Source of the DNA: an uncultured Verrucomicrobiae bacterium
GTDB lineage: Bacteria; Verrucomicrobiota; Verrucomicrobiia; Chthoniobacterales; UBA10450
DNA: 64,000 nucleotides
NCBI GenBank assembly: GCA_963735805.1
Contig: CAVTMK010000004.1
Coordinates: 160,001 to 224,000 of the forward strand
Direction: 5' to 3'
The notes beneath the pieces are model-generated. The model was given only the letters and a program-made list of their open reading frames with translations. It searched no databases and had not been told where the DNA came from. Made by a program: the position numbers and the translations under genes. Of this stretch, positions 10,101 to 23,904 are shown piece by piece (within the stretch, counting starts at the first letter, position 1; every line of letters begins with the position of its first letter).

Positions 10101-11240
10101 ATGGCACGCAACGACAAAACGCTCGGGTTATGTTCGTGGGCAATCGATTCTAAAACGCGAAAGTGCTTTCGCGTAAAAAGAACCGTGTTAATCTCACGCC
10201 CCGTGACGTGTTCAAACCAGCGTCGATTGAGCCGGACGTTTTTGTCAATCTCGTGCGCTGCATTGGTGTTGGTCGCCGGATTGACTGCCGCGCCGCAGGT
10301 CACTTACGCGCGAGTAGCCCCGCACTTTGAAGCGCTACCACTTGTGCGCTCTCGACAAAATCATTTGATGGTACGCGCGTTTATCAACGGCAGAGAGGCA
10401 TGGCTCACGATTGATAGTGGCGCGCCGGTAAGCGCAATCGCCGTGAATCGTCGCAAGTATTTTCGTCTCAGACCAATCACGGCCAAATCGGACCTCCCGG
10501 CGCGCATTCAGATTAACGGCGCATTCAATAATGTGACCATCGCGCGCGAACTGCGGCTCGGAGGGCTAACTTTGATCGATGAACCGGTGGTTACTGTCGA
10601 TCTGGGAAACTCTGCTCGTGCTGCGAGACTGGTTCACGAGGAGCAAATCGATGGAATTATCGGAGCGGATATCCTTTTTCCAACCCAGGCGGTGCTCGAC
10701 TGTCAGCGGCAGTTGCTCATTTTGAAGACCGATCCTGATGCCTTGGGCGGCGTCCCCGGTTTCGACCGAAGAGGATTGCAAGCGGTTCCGATTCAAGTCA
10801 GCGACGGTTTCAATTTGTATGTGAGTGGTTCGATTAATGGGAAATCTGCCAAGTTTATGGTCGATACTGGCTCGTTTGCCACGCTGTTGCATCGCTCTTT
10901 CGTTCGGCGAATGCGAATTGCTACCCGCGAGACGCAGTATAGTTCTTCGGCCGTGAATCTGAAGGATCGCGGCCTGCGCATTGCGACGATTCGGAAATTA
11001 TCAGTGGGCTCGGTGGATATTATTGGGAAGGACATAGGCGTGGTTGATCTGGAAGGATTAATTCACGATGGCTTGTTGGGTGGTTCGCCGCCCGTTGCCG
11101 GCCTGCTTGGTGCCGAGACGCTGCGGCGCCATCATGGAATCATCGACTTTGGCACGCGCACGCTCTATTTACAGAAGCGTGAGATTCCGTGGCAGCGATC
11201 TGGCTGGCGGCGTTCCGCCGGCCCTAACTTGACCTACTAG
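10101..11240 (+). CDS. Secreted tandem retropepsin-like aspartic protease
   Basis: Two domains with IDSGA...DGIIGAD and VDTGS...GLLGAE motifs; hydrophobic N-terminal segment; true start probably downstream of 10101. Confidence 0.8.
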   Translation: MARNDKTLGLCSWAIDSKTRKCFRVKRTVLISRPVTCSNQRRLSRTFLSISCAALVLVAGLTAAPQVTYARVAPHFEALPLVRSRQNHLMVRAFINGREAWLTIDSGAPVSAIAVNRRKYFRLRPITAKSDLPARIQINGAFNNVTIARELRLGGLTLIDEPVVTVDLGNSARAARLVHEEQIDGIIGADILFPTQAVLDCQRQLLILKTDPDALGGVPGFDRRGLQAVPIQVSDGFNLYVSGSINGKSAKFMVDTGSFATLLHRSFVRRMRIATRETQYSSSAVNLKDRGLRIATIRKLSVGSVDIIGKDIGVVDLEGLIHDGLLGGSPPVAGLLGAETLRRHHGIIDFGTRTLYLQKREIPWQRSGWRRSAGPNLTY

Positions 11241-11364
11241 GATTACTGAGTAACCGCGCGGTTACCCTGTAACCAGGATGGAAACGGAAAAAAGACGATT
11301 CGCGGCGATTGCCTGTGCGACGCTCTCCGATATGAAGGAATCGGCAGCCCTATAGTACCAAAGC

Positions 11365-11601
11365 ATGCACGAAGCAGAACGAAGTGATCTCCGGCTAACG
11401 CGCATCCGAGCGTTGGCGATCGGAGCGCAGAGCGTCGGAGCGTTCGCACTAGGCGCGCTGGCGATTGGAGCCGTTGCGGTGGGCGCCGCCGCCATTGGAC
11501 GTCTTGTCATAGGGCGAGCGAAAATCCAGCATCTTGAGATCGGCGAACTCGTTGTGAACAGATTGCGTGTGAACGAATCGCTGGAAATTCCGCACGATTG
11601 A
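11365..11601 (+). CDS. Small hypothetical protein with 5-residue xxAIG repeats
   Basis: ALAIG AQSVG AFALG ALAIG AVAVG AAAIG RLVIG periodicity; fills the gap between genes. Confidence 0.65.
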   Translation: MHEAERSDLRLTRIRALAIGAQSVGAFALGALAIGAVAVGAAAIGRLVIGRAKIQHLEIGELVVNRLRVNESLEIPHD

Positions 11602-11652
11602 GTTAATCGCGTTTCAAACAGTTCCTTTCGCCTTACCCGTGTCTGTGGTGCG

Positions 11653-12600
11653 ATGAATATGATCACGCAAGCTTTCGTTCTCGCCGCTGGACTTGGCACA
11701 CGCCTGCGGCCGCTGACGAACGATTTGCCGAAGCCCCTCATTCCGATTTTTCAAAAGCCGCTCGTCACCTTCGCGCTCGATCAGTTAATCGATGTGGGTG
11801 TGGAAAAGTTCGTCGTTAACACGCACAAGCAGGCCGAACTATTTGAAAACGCCTTTGACGATAACGAGTATCAAAATCATTCGGTTACGCTGGTTCACGA
11901 GCCGGATTTGCTTGAGACGGGCGGCGGAATCAAGAATGTGGAACGCTATCTCGGCAGCGGGCCATTCCTGACTTACAGCGGCGACATCTTGACCGACATC
12001 AACCTTCAAGCCTTGATCGACGAACATTTTCGCCGCGGGAACGATGTCACGCTCGCATTGCGCAACACAAATTTGGCTTCGGACGTGGCTCTGAGCGATC
12101 ACCGCGTCGTAGATATCGCGAATCGCTACGGCAGGACCGGAAATCTTGATTTCGCGAACATCGCTGTTTGGAATCCGACGATTTTCCAACAGATCCCGCC
12201 GCGACAGAAGATTTCATTCATTCCGATTGTTGCGGATTGGATAGGCAAGGGTGGTAGGATCGGCGGCCTGGTAATGAACGACGGAAAATGGTTCAACATT
12301 GGCTCTCGCGGTGCATATCTCGACGTGCATCGCACAATTCTGCGAGAACACTGGGTGCCTCAATATCTCAAGTTACGTCAGTGGCCCGAGCGTGTCGCGA
12401 AATCAGCCTTCGTTGATCCGAGCGCACAGGTGCGCGGCTGCTCGGTTGTTGGAGAAAATTGCCAGGTCAGCGCGGGAGCCATCCTCGAAGACACGATTTT
12501 GTGGCCGGGCGCACAAATTGCTTCCAAAAGTCAGCTTCACGGTTGTATTGTCCGCTCCCAAAAAAAGGTCAGCGGGATCCATTGCAACAGTGACATCTAA
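11653..12600 (+). CDS. Sugar-phosphate nucleotidyltransferase (MurU-like) with C-terminal hexapeptide-repeat domain
   Basis: LAAGLGTRLRPLT..PKPL and LLETGGGI motifs; directly upstream of an AmgK-like kinase. Confidence 0.85.
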   Translation: MNMITQAFVLAAGLGTRLRPLTNDLPKPLIPIFQKPLVTFALDQLIDVGVEKFVVNTHKQAELFENAFDDNEYQNHSVTLVHEPDLLETGGGIKNVERYLGSGPFLTYSGDILTDINLQALIDEHFRRGNDVTLALRNTNLASDVALSDHRVVDIANRYGRTGNLDFANIAVWNPTIFQQIPPRQKISFIPIVADWIGKGGRIGGLVMNDGKWFNIGSRGAYLDVHRTILREHWVPQYLKLRQWPERVAKSAFVDPSAQVRGCSVVGENCQVSAGAILEDTILWPGAQIASKSQLHGCIVRSQKKVSGIHCNSDI

Positions 12601-12601
12601 A

Positions 12602-13591
12602 ATGAGGACCGAATTTCTTCTCCGGCGAACGCGGTTGCATTTTCCGCTACTGGATGTGGCCGACATAAAAATTCGCCCGATCGAAAAAGGCGGATCCGAT
12701 CGAAAATTCTATCGGATACGTTGCTCGGCGGATCAAACGCTGATCCTGGTTAAGTACCACCTGGAGCGTGAAGAAAATCGGCATTACGTGGAGATCGCGA
12801 AATTTCTCGATGCCCACGGAATTCGAGTCCCTAAAATTTATTTTCACGATGCATCGGAGGGGCTGATCTGGATCGAGGACCTGGGTGAGCAGGATCTCCA
12901 CAGTTATCGGGGTGATAGCTGGCTCGTCCGTCGCGCGTTTTATGAATCAGCGCTCGATGAAATCATCAAGCTTCACAGTCTGCCAGAGTCCGTGTGCTTG
13001 GAAATGAAGGAGCATTTGCCCGCAGAGTTTAACGCTGCGCTGTACCGCTGGGAACAGAGATACTTTTTCAACAATTGTCTCGGCCGCTATTTCAGGGTCG
13101 ACGAGTCAAAGCGCAAGGAGCTGGCAGCCCTTCCCAGTCTGCGCGAAATTGCAAGACGTCTGGCAAGTTTGCCAAGGGTTTTAGTCCATCGCGATTTTCA
13201 ATCGCAAAATATCATTCTTCAGAACGGACAGGCTAAACTAATTGATTTTCAGGGGATGCGACCGGGATTGGCTGAATATGATCTGGCGTCATTGCTTTTT
13301 GATCCGTATGTCGAGCTTTCAGACGCAGAGCGATCTGAGTTGATTAGTTATTACCGGCAAAAACAGACGGACAATGGGTGCACAGTTGACGGACAGTTCG
13401 ACGACACGCTGCAATTGTGCGCGATGCAACGACTGATGCAGGCTCTGGGTGCTTATGGCTTTCTGGGGTTGGTTCGGGGCCATGAGCATTTTCTGCAATA
13501 CGTTCCAATCGCCGTGCGCTCGCTGCGGGGTATCGTGGCGAAGATCGACGACCTTAAGCCACTCGCTTCTCTTCTCGCCGATCTTGGTTAG
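12602..13591 (+). CDS. Aminoglycoside phosphotransferase-family kinase (AmgK-like anomeric MurNAc/GlcNAc kinase)
   Basis: GGSDRKFYR, EDLG, HRDFQSQN, IDFQG, YDLASLL.DPY and QR..QALG motifs; ATG at 12602. Confidence 0.85.
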   Translation: MRTEFLLRRTRLHFPLLDVADIKIRPIEKGGSDRKFYRIRCSADQTLILVKYHLEREENRHYVEIAKFLDAHGIRVPKIYFHDASEGLIWIEDLGEQDLHSYRGDSWLVRRAFYESALDEIIKLHSLPESVCLEMKEHLPAEFNAALYRWEQRYFFNNCLGRYFRVDESKRKELAALPSLREIARRLASLPRVLVHRDFQSQNIILQNGQAKLIDFQGMRPGLAEYDLASLLFDPYVELSDAERSELISYYRQKQTDNGCTVDGQFDDTLQLCAMQRLMQALGAYGFLGLVRGHEHFLQYVPIAVRSLRGIVAKIDDLKPLASLLADLG

Positions 13592-13615
13592 TTCCTGGAT
13601 TCGAGATTGTGGGCG

Positions 13616-14233
13616 CTACCGTGGGCCGACGAAAGTATTCGTCTGGCGCTCGCGTCCGATCTGCGTCGGCGGGCCGTGCCCTGGAAGCACTGTGACTTCA
13701 TCGCCGAGTGGAAATAATTTTTTCCTGATCTCCTCGATTAACAGATCGATATCGCCACCCGGTAGATCTCCGCGGCCGATGCTGCCGGCAAACAAAACAT
13801 CACCGCCGATAAGCAATCGATCGTTCGGCAGAAAGAAGCAGAGACTGCCCGGGCAATGCCCCGGAACTTCCAGCACTTGGAATTGCGCACCGAGAAAATC
13901 CCGGCTCGCCGTTTCTTCGATCAGAAAATCAGGGTTCACCGGCTCGATCTCCAGTGCGAAACCAAAGCTGCGGAAAAATTCTCGATCGGAAATCATCGGC
14001 GCGGTGACCGGGTGACAACCAATGGGACAACCGAACTGCCGTTTAATCCTGGCGACATCCTGGATGTGATCGACGTGACCATGTGTCAGAAGCAAGAGTT
14101 TGAGTTCGATACCAATCGATTTGACCCATTCACAGGCACCTTCAGGTGCGTCGAAAAGAATCCAGCCCTGTGGCGCCTCAAGCAGGTAACAATTCGTTTC
14201 AAAAATGCCACCGCAGAACTTCTTGTAATTCAT
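13616..14233 (-). CDS. MBL-fold metallo-hydrolase (glyoxalase II/YcbL-like)
   Basis: THGHVDH, PGHCPG, GDVLFAGSIGR and PGHG motifs; likely start MNYKKF. Confidence 0.92.
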   Translation of the reverse strand: MNYKKFCGGIFETNCYLLEAPQGWILFDAPEGACEWVKSIGIELKLLLLTHGHVDHIQDVARIKRQFGCPIGCHPVTAPMISDREFFRSFGFALEIEPVNPDFLIEETASRDFLGAQFQVLEVPGHCPGSLCFFLPNDRLLIGGDVLFAGSIGRGDLPGGDIDLLIEEIRKKLFPLGDEVTVLPGHGPPTQIGRERQTNTFVGPR

Positions 14234-14402
14234 CGGGTTTAATTGTAGCGGGATTTGGCTACAGCTGAAGCAGAGAGCCTTTACGAATATTTGAATGTTC
14301 CCGACTGTGGATTGTCTCATTCCTACTTACATGCCGATTTTGTCTCGTTCTCTTGCGCTTCATGCTGAAATCTGCGAACCTAACTAACCCTTCTTTTCAC
14401 CG

Positions 14403-16637
14403 ATGAGATCATCTTTGCAACGATCCTTAGCGCTTTGCGCCATTCTGTTAACCGCCGTAATTGCCGTTCCACCGGCCAGGGCTGCATCGAGAGAAACAGT
14501 TGCCATGTCGGTCGGCCGTCTCCTGGAGGAGGGCCATTACACGCGCCAGAAACTCAACGAGGAAGTTTCGAAAAAATTTCTACAGACGTATCTGGAGATG
14601 CTCGACTTCAGCCATTTCTTTTTTACCCAGAAGGATGTCGATGAGATGACCGCCAAGTATGGCAGTTCGATGGCCGGGGACGTCCTGCTGGGAAATCTCA
14701 AACCAGCCTATGAAATTTATGCTCTCTATACGAAACGGGTGGATGATCGTGTCGCTAAAATAAAAGAGCTTTTGAAGCAACCGATCGACTTCAAGAGCAA
14801 CGCGACGGTTGAATTGAGCCGTCAAAAATCGCCATGGCCAAAAGATGAGGCGGAAGCCGATCAACTCTGGCGTGGTCGAATCACCAACGATCTCTTGCAG
14901 GAACATCTGAGCGAACATCCAATCGAGCCAGCACCTCAACTGGTTTCACGCCGGTACGATCGCCTCGCTAAGAACGTCCATGAGGAAGATAAGGACGAGC
15001 AAATGAAGCTCTACCTCGATGCGCTCGCACAGGCATATGACCCGCATTCCGAATACTTAAGCAAGGCCGACATGAAGAATTTCAGTATCAATATGGGTCT
15101 GTCGCTTGTGGGTATCGGCGCCATGCTGCGCTCAGAAGACGGCTACGCGAAAATTGAAAACCTCGTTCCGGGCGGGCCGGCACAGGCCGATGGACGACTC
15201 AAGGTCGGGGATCGAATCACTGCCGTTGCACAGGGGCCGGCCGACTACGTCGATGTCCGCGAAATGCGGTTGGACAAGGTTGTCGAGATGATCCGCGGCA
15301 AGAAAGGCACGCATGTGCGCTTGCTGGTGATCCCTTCAGATGCAACAGACCCGTCGCGCCGGAAAAATGTCGAGCTTGTCCGCGATGAAATTAAGCTGAA
15401 AGACCAAGAAGCGCGCGCCGATATCATTATCAGGAAAGACGAAAACGGCGATCCCATCAAACTTGGATGGCTTACTCTGCCTTCTTTTTATGCTGACATG
15501 GACAAACACCAGAAAAGCACGACGCGCGATGTGCTGGCGTTGCTCAAGCGGCTGAAGAAAGAAAACATCGCCGGCTTGGTTATTGATCTCCGACGAAATG
15601 GTGGTGGGTCGCTGGAGGAAGCACTGTCGCTCACAGGCTTGTTTTTGAAATCCGGCCCAATCGTTCAGACGAAAGATTATAACGGAAGCATCAGAGTTTC
15701 TGCGAATCCCGACCCGGGCATCGCTTATTCCGGCCCTATGATCGTGTTGACCAGCCGGCAAAGCGCGTCCGCGAGTGAGATTTTCGCGGCAGCTCTTCAG
15801 GATTATGGTCGGGCTGTGATTGTCGGTGACAAAAACACATTCGGTAAAGGGACCGTACAGACGATTCTTCCGATTGGCAGGTTCGCTTCACTGCTGGGCG
15901 GCCATAGCGATGAGGATGGTGCGTTGAAATTGACAATTCAGAAATTTTATCGCGTTGCCGGCGGGTCCACCCAACTCCACGGTGTGGCTTCAGACGTTGT
16001 TCTGCCGAGTCTGAGTGATCTTCCGGAATTCGGCGAGAGCGCGTTAAAGAACGCCCTTCCCTACGACGAGGTAGCTAAGGCGAGATATACGAAGTGGTCG
16101 GATAGTCATTCCCTATTTATCGATCAACTGCGTCGACGCTCGGAGGAACGCGTCAAGAACGACCCCGAATTTCACTATGTGGTGGACGACATTGGCCGCT
16201 TGCGTCACAAGCTCGATGAGAATCGAATTTCGCTGAACGAAGATGCGCGAAAGAAAGAGCTTCAGGACGACAAAGCGCGTAAGGAAATCCGTTCGAAGGA
16301 GCGCCTGGCGCGCAATGAGGAGGAACCCCGAATTTACCGGGTGACGCTCGACACGGTTGATAAACCAAATCTCCAATTAATTATGTACCCCGGGAAATTG
16401 GCTGAGGCGAAAAAGAACGGCGTTACTCCGAAGGTTGATTCTGACGCTGCTTCCGATGCAGACACGGATTTAATCGGCGGTGGCGCTGACGGTGACGACG
16501 ATACCAAGACACCGGCGATCGACCCGGAGCGCGACGAGACACTTAACATCTTGACGGATCTGGTGGATCTCTCGCGTGGACCGAAGACGGCCAGTGCCAA
16601 TAGTGTTGATAAGGCCGCGCCCGAACAACGGCCGTAG
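14403..16637 (+). CDS. prc: Carboxy-terminal processing protease (S41A, Prc/Tsp)
   Basis: Signal peptide, DPHSEY, PDZ domain (GIGA), DLRRNGGG, SASASEI and TFGKGTVQ motifs. Confidence 0.93.
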   Translation: MRSSLQRSLALCAILLTAVIAVPPARAASRETVAMSVGRLLEEGHYTRQKLNEEVSKKFLQTYLEMLDFSHFFFTQKDVDEMTAKYGSSMAGDVLLGNLKPAYEIYALYTKRVDDRVAKIKELLKQPIDFKSNATVELSRQKSPWPKDEAEADQLWRGRITNDLLQEHLSEHPIEPAPQLVSRRYDRLAKNVHEEDKDEQMKLYLDALAQAYDPHSEYLSKADMKNFSINMGLSLVGIGAMLRSEDGYAKIENLVPGGPAQADGRLKVGDRITAVAQGPADYVDVREMRLDKVVEMIRGKKGTHVRLLVIPSDATDPSRRKNVELVRDEIKLKDQEARADIIIRKDENGDPIKLGWLTLPSFYADMDKHQKSTTRDVLALLKRLKKENIAGLVIDLRRNGGGSLEEALSLTGLFLKSGPIVQTKDYNGSIRVSANPDPGIAYSGPMIVLTSRQSASASEIFAAALQDYGRAVIVGDKNTFGKGTVQTILPIGRFASLLGGHSDEDGALKLTIQKFYRVAGGSTQLHGVASDVVLPSLSDLPEFGESALKNALPYDEVAKARYTKWSDSHSLFIDQLRRRSEERVKNDPEFHYVVDDIGRLRHKLDENRISLNEDARKKELQDDKARKEIRSKERLARNEEEPRIYRVTLDTVDKPNLQLIMYPGKLAEAKKNGVTPKVDSDAASDADTDLIGGGADGDDDTKTPAIDPERDETLNILTDLVDLSRGPKTASANSVDKAAPEQRP

Positions 16638-16731
16638 CCCGCGCGCTTTGCCTTCTTTCTTCGGGTAGGCGCTCTGTCTTTCTGCACACCTGCGCTTCGT
16701 TCCGCGGGACACGCCGGCCTCTATCCGGCAC

Positions 16732-17535
16732 TTACACCGCAATGGGCGCCTTGATCGATGGATGCGGGTCGTAGCCGACAAGCTCGAAATCTTCAAATTT
16801 GAAATCGTGAATGTTTTTCACGGCCGGATTCAGCTTCATCCGCGGTAAAGATCGAAACTCTCGTGAAAGCTGCTCGCGCGCTTGTTCCAGATGGTTTTTG
16901 TAAAGATGCAAGTCGCCAAAGGTATGAACGAAATCGCCGGGTGTGAGACCAGCAACCTGCGCCACCATCATCGTAAATAATGCGTACGAGGCGATATTGA
17001 AAGGAACGCCAAGAAACAGATCGGCGCTTCGTTGATAAAGCTGGCAACTGAGCTCGCCGTCCTGAACGTAAAACTGGAAAAGAAGATGACATGGTGGCAG
17101 CGCCATTTTGTCGATTTCCGCCGGATTCCATGCGCTTACGATGAGTCGGCGACTCTGCGGATTTGATTCGATTTGCGTAATCAGATTGTCGATTTGATCC
17201 ACCCGCACGCCGTTTGCACCGCGCCAGTCGCGCCATTGCGCGCCATAGACGCGGCCGAGATCGCCAGTTTTGTCGGCCCACTCGTCCCAGATGGTCACGC
17301 CATGTTCATTGAGGTACCGAACATTCGTGTCGCCGCGCAAAAACCAGAGCAGTTCGTAGATGATCGATTTGATGTGCAGCTTTTTGGTCGTGAGCAGCGG
17401 GAATCCCAGTCCATCCGTGCGCAAGTCAAATCGCGTCTGCGCGCCGAAGACAGATAATGTGCCCGTGCCGGTGCGATCCGTTCGCGGTTGACCTTTCTCG
17501 AGTACGAGTCGGAGTAGCTCGTGATATTGTCGCAC
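16732..17535 (-). CDS. thyA: Thymidylate synthase
   Basis: DRTGTGT, ELLWFL, MALPPCH and [14 protein letters not shown] motifs. Confidence 0.97.
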   Translation of the reverse strand: MRQYHELLRLVLEKGQPRTDRTGTGTLSVFGAQTRFDLRTDGLGFPLLTTKKLHIKSIIYELLWFLRGDTNVRYLNEHGVTIWDEWADKTGDLGRVYGAQWRDWRGANGVRVDQIDNLITQIESNPQSRRLIVSAWNPAEIDKMALPPCHLLFQFYVQDGELSCQLYQRSADLFLGVPFNIASYALFTMMVAQVAGLTPGDFVHTFGDLHLYKNHLEQAREQLSREFRSLPRMKLNPAVKNIHDFKFEDFELVGYDPHPSIKAPIAV

Positions 17536-17737
17536 GCGGAAATTTTATCGCGGTGCGCGCTTTCGCGAAACAGAATTTCTTTTCATCTCGCACGCAATCT
17601 CTGGAGCGGCGGCCATGGCCGTCCCCCAACGGAACTGCCGCCCTCTGCATCTTGTGATTGCGAGATTCGAGCGGGCAACCAAGTTTTCGCGAAGCTGCCG
17701 CACGAACCGGTTTTGCTTTTCGAAAGAGTTCAAAAGT

Positions 17738-18191
17738 TGGCGCCGTGTGGTCCGCACTCCACCGATCCTTCTACCGAAACTCTTACAATCTATGAAGACG
17801 CGCCCACACTGACGCCGCTTGACCTCGGGCCGCCCGGAAACAGTCCCGGCGACGCGTATTATTTCTCCGCTCCAATATATTCGAGCCTCGGCGGTCGGTT
17901 GATTGGCGAGGCATTTGGTTCTAAAACGTTGATTAAGCTTGCCGCTCAGGCCAATCCAAACTCCGAGAAACGTGCCACGCTTCTGTTTTTCACCTTTGCC
18001 GAGGTCAGGATCAAATCATAGTTCTGGGCGCTGCCGATTATCCACCGACCACGGCTGAATTTCGTTCAGACCAGGCTGTCGTGCGTTCCATTCTGGCTGG
18101 AACTGGGAGATACATGGGCGCCCATGGCCAATTGACCAGTACGCGGAAGAAGGACGACTCGTACACGCAGGTGTTCACACTGCTCAAGTGA
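17738..18191 (+). pseudogene. Frameshifted dirigent/allene-oxide-cyclase-like beta-barrel protein
   Basis: First frame: DLGPPGNSPGDAYYFSAPI...LLFFTFA. After a shift near 18001 it continues GQDQIIVLGAADYPP...SILAGTGRYMGAHGQL...VFTLLK, TGA at 18189-18191. No clear start or signal peptide. Confidence 0.65.
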
Positions 18192-18348
18192 TGCGAATCG
18201 AAAATCGCGGCGATGCGTCTCATTGACACGGCCGCCCGCCGAAACAAGGTCGAATCGAGCCGAATTGTCTCATATACCGCCGAGCCGCCTCAATAGCTAA
18301 TTGACGTTAGTCACTAGCGAAGAGCAGCTTAAGCTCAAGCGCCCGCGC

Positions 18349-18365
18349 CTGGCCCGAGGCTTGCT
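18349..18365 (+). promoter_or_regulatory. Sigma-54 (-24/-12) promoter upstream of dnaK
   Basis: CTGGCCCGAGGCTTGCT: GG-N10-GC spacing, close to the TGGCACG-N3-TTGCW consensus, about 85 nt before the dnaK ATG. Confidence 0.65.
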
Positions 18366-18390
18366 GAGGAACATGTAGATTTTAACTTAA

Positions 18391-20403
<2,013 letters not shown>

Positions 20404-20482
20404 GGGAAACAATTTGCCGATGGCTCCGGAAATTTCGGAACGCCGGCACAACAACAAACCAAAGGAGTGATAACAACAACTT

Positions 20483-20779
20483 ATGGCAACAGTTAATGTA
20501 AGACCGCTCGGAGATCGGGTGCTGGTGCAGCCGATGGAAGAGCAGGAAGTAAAAAAAGGCGGAATCATCATCCCCGATACCGCCAAGGAAAAACCACAAG
20601 AGGGGAAAGTGGTCGCCTTAGGCACCGGCAAAATCGATGACAACGGTAAGAAAGTCGATTTCACGGTGAAGAAGGGCGACAAGGTGCTGATCTCGAAATA
20701 CGGCGGCACCGAAATCAAGATCGACGACGAGAATTACCTGATCATGCGCGAGGACGACATCCTCGGCATCATCGGCTAA
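20483..20779 (+). CDS. groES: Co-chaperonin GroES
   Basis: PLGDRVLV and [13 protein letters not shown] motifs; AAGGAG RBS upstream. Confidence 0.99.
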   Translation: MATVNVRPLGDRVLVQPMEEQEVKKGGIIIPDTAKEKPQEGKVVALGTGKIDDNGKKVDFTVKKGDKVLISKYGGTEIKIDDENYLIMREDDILGIIG

Positions 20780-20805
20780 TCCGATTCAACGATTCAACCA
20801 ATTAA

Positions 20806-22446
<1,641 letters not shown>

Positions 22447-22470
22447 TCGAGAGTCGAAACAACAAATAAC

Positions 22471-22508
22471 AAACAGCCGAGCTCGCAAGGGCTCGGCTGT
22501 TTTGCTTT
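22471..22508 (+). terminator. Rho-independent terminator after groEL
   Basis: AAACAGCCGAGC-TCGCAAGG-GCTCGGCTGTTT stem-loop followed by T-rich tail. Confidence 0.85.
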
Positions 22509-22577
22509 CACGATGGAGCAAAAATAGATTTGCGAATTGCTGATGATGTGGGGAAAGCTCGGGGTTTAGTCTTCACT

Positions 22578-23894
22578 ATGTGCCGGATATTATTTCTTTT
22601 CGTTCTTTGCGGGTTTTTGACTGTGAGTAGAAGCGCGCCAGCGGCGGCAGACGTCATGAATGCTGTCGCCGAGCGGTACGTCCATCTGGTACTGGCCCTG
22701 GGACAGCATGATCCCGATTACGTCGACGCGTTTTACGGACCGACAGAGTGGAAGACGCGGGTGGAGAAGGAAAAAAAGTCGCTGGATGCGATCGGTGCCG
22801 AAGCCGCCGAGTTGGTCGCGATCCTGGCGAAAATTCCCGACGCAGCAACGTCGGATGATGAGATCCTCAAATTGCGGCGCGAATATTTGCAGAAACAAAT
22901 TTCCGCGCTGGCGGCGCGGGTCCGGATGTTGAAGGGCGAAAAATTAAAGTTCGACGACGAGTCTCGCGCGCTTTACGACGCTGTCGCGCCGACATATGGG
23001 GATTCACATTTCGATCAGATCATCGCCCAACTCGAGAAGAAAATTCCCGGCACAAATCGCGAGTCGGGCTCGGACCCGTTATGGGAGCGCTACGAGGCAT
23101 GGCGGAAGCCGTTTCTGATTCCGAAGGAAAAACTCGATCACGTGTTTCAACTCGCGATCAAGGAATGCCGAGCCCGAACGCTGGCACACATTGCGCTTCC
23201 GCCTACCGAGAGTTTCACCGTCGAGTACGTGACCAATAAGCCATGGGGCGGTTACAATTGGTACAAAGGCAATTTCCACAGCGTGATTCAGGTGAATACT
23301 GATCTGCCGATATACATCGATCGCGCGGTCGATCTCTCGGCGCACGAAGGTTATCCCGGCCATCACGTTTATAACTCGCTGCTGGAAAAGAACCTGGTCC
23401 GCGATCGCGGCTGGGTGGAGTTTTCGGTTTACCCGCTCTTCTCACCGCAATCGCTCGTCGCGGAAGGGACAGCGAATTTCGGACGCGAGGTTGCGTTCCC
23501 GACCAAGGCCGAGCGAATGAAGTTCGAGAAAGAAGTTTTGTTTCCGGCAGCGGGAATCGATGCCTCACGCGCAGACGAATATTACGCTGTGCAGGATTTA
23601 ATGAAGCAGCTCGACTATGCCACGAACGAGGCCGCGCGAAGATTGATCAACGGTGAGATCGACCAGAGCGCTGCGGTGCAATCGTTGCAAAAATACGCAG
23701 TGATGGAACCAGCTCGCGCTCAGCAGCGGGTGAAATTCATTCAGCGTTACCGAAGTTACGTAATCAACTATAATCTCGGGGAAGACATCGTGCGTCGTTA
23801 CATCGAGAAACGAAGCGGCAGCGATCCTGAGAAACGGTGGGGCGAATTCGCCAAACTCATTTCCTCGCCACGATTGCCGAGCGGATTGCAGTAG
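22578..23894 (+). CDS. Secreted zincin-like protein (DUF885-like HEGYPGHH motif)
   Basis: N-terminal signal peptide, AHEGYPGHH, downstream AEG and Y..NY..G motifs. Confidence 0.65.
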   Translation: MCRILFLFVLCGFLTVSRSAPAAADVMNAVAERYVHLVLALGQHDPDYVDAFYGPTEWKTRVEKEKKSLDAIGAEAAELVAILAKIPDAATSDDEILKLRREYLQKQISALAARVRMLKGEKLKFDDESRALYDAVAPTYGDSHFDQIIAQLEKKIPGTNRESGSDPLWERYEAWRKPFLIPKEKLDHVFQLAIKECRARTLAHIALPPTESFTVEYVTNKPWGGYNWYKGNFHSVIQVNTDLPIYIDRAVDLSAHEGYPGHHVYNSLLEKNLVRDRGWVEFSVYPLFSPQSLVAEGTANFGREVAFPTKAERMKFEKEVLFPAAGIDASRADEYYAVQDLMKQLDYATNEAARRLINGEIDQSAAVQSLQKYAVMEPARAQQRVKFIQRYRSYVINYNLGEDIVRRYIEKRSGSDPEKRWGEFAKLISSPRLPSGLQ

Positions 23895-23904
23895 ACTTTC
23901 TGAG

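Noticed and set aside
18295..18335. CIRCE element upstream of dnaK
   Set aside because: TTAGTCACT only loosely resembles the left arm and no right arm is present.
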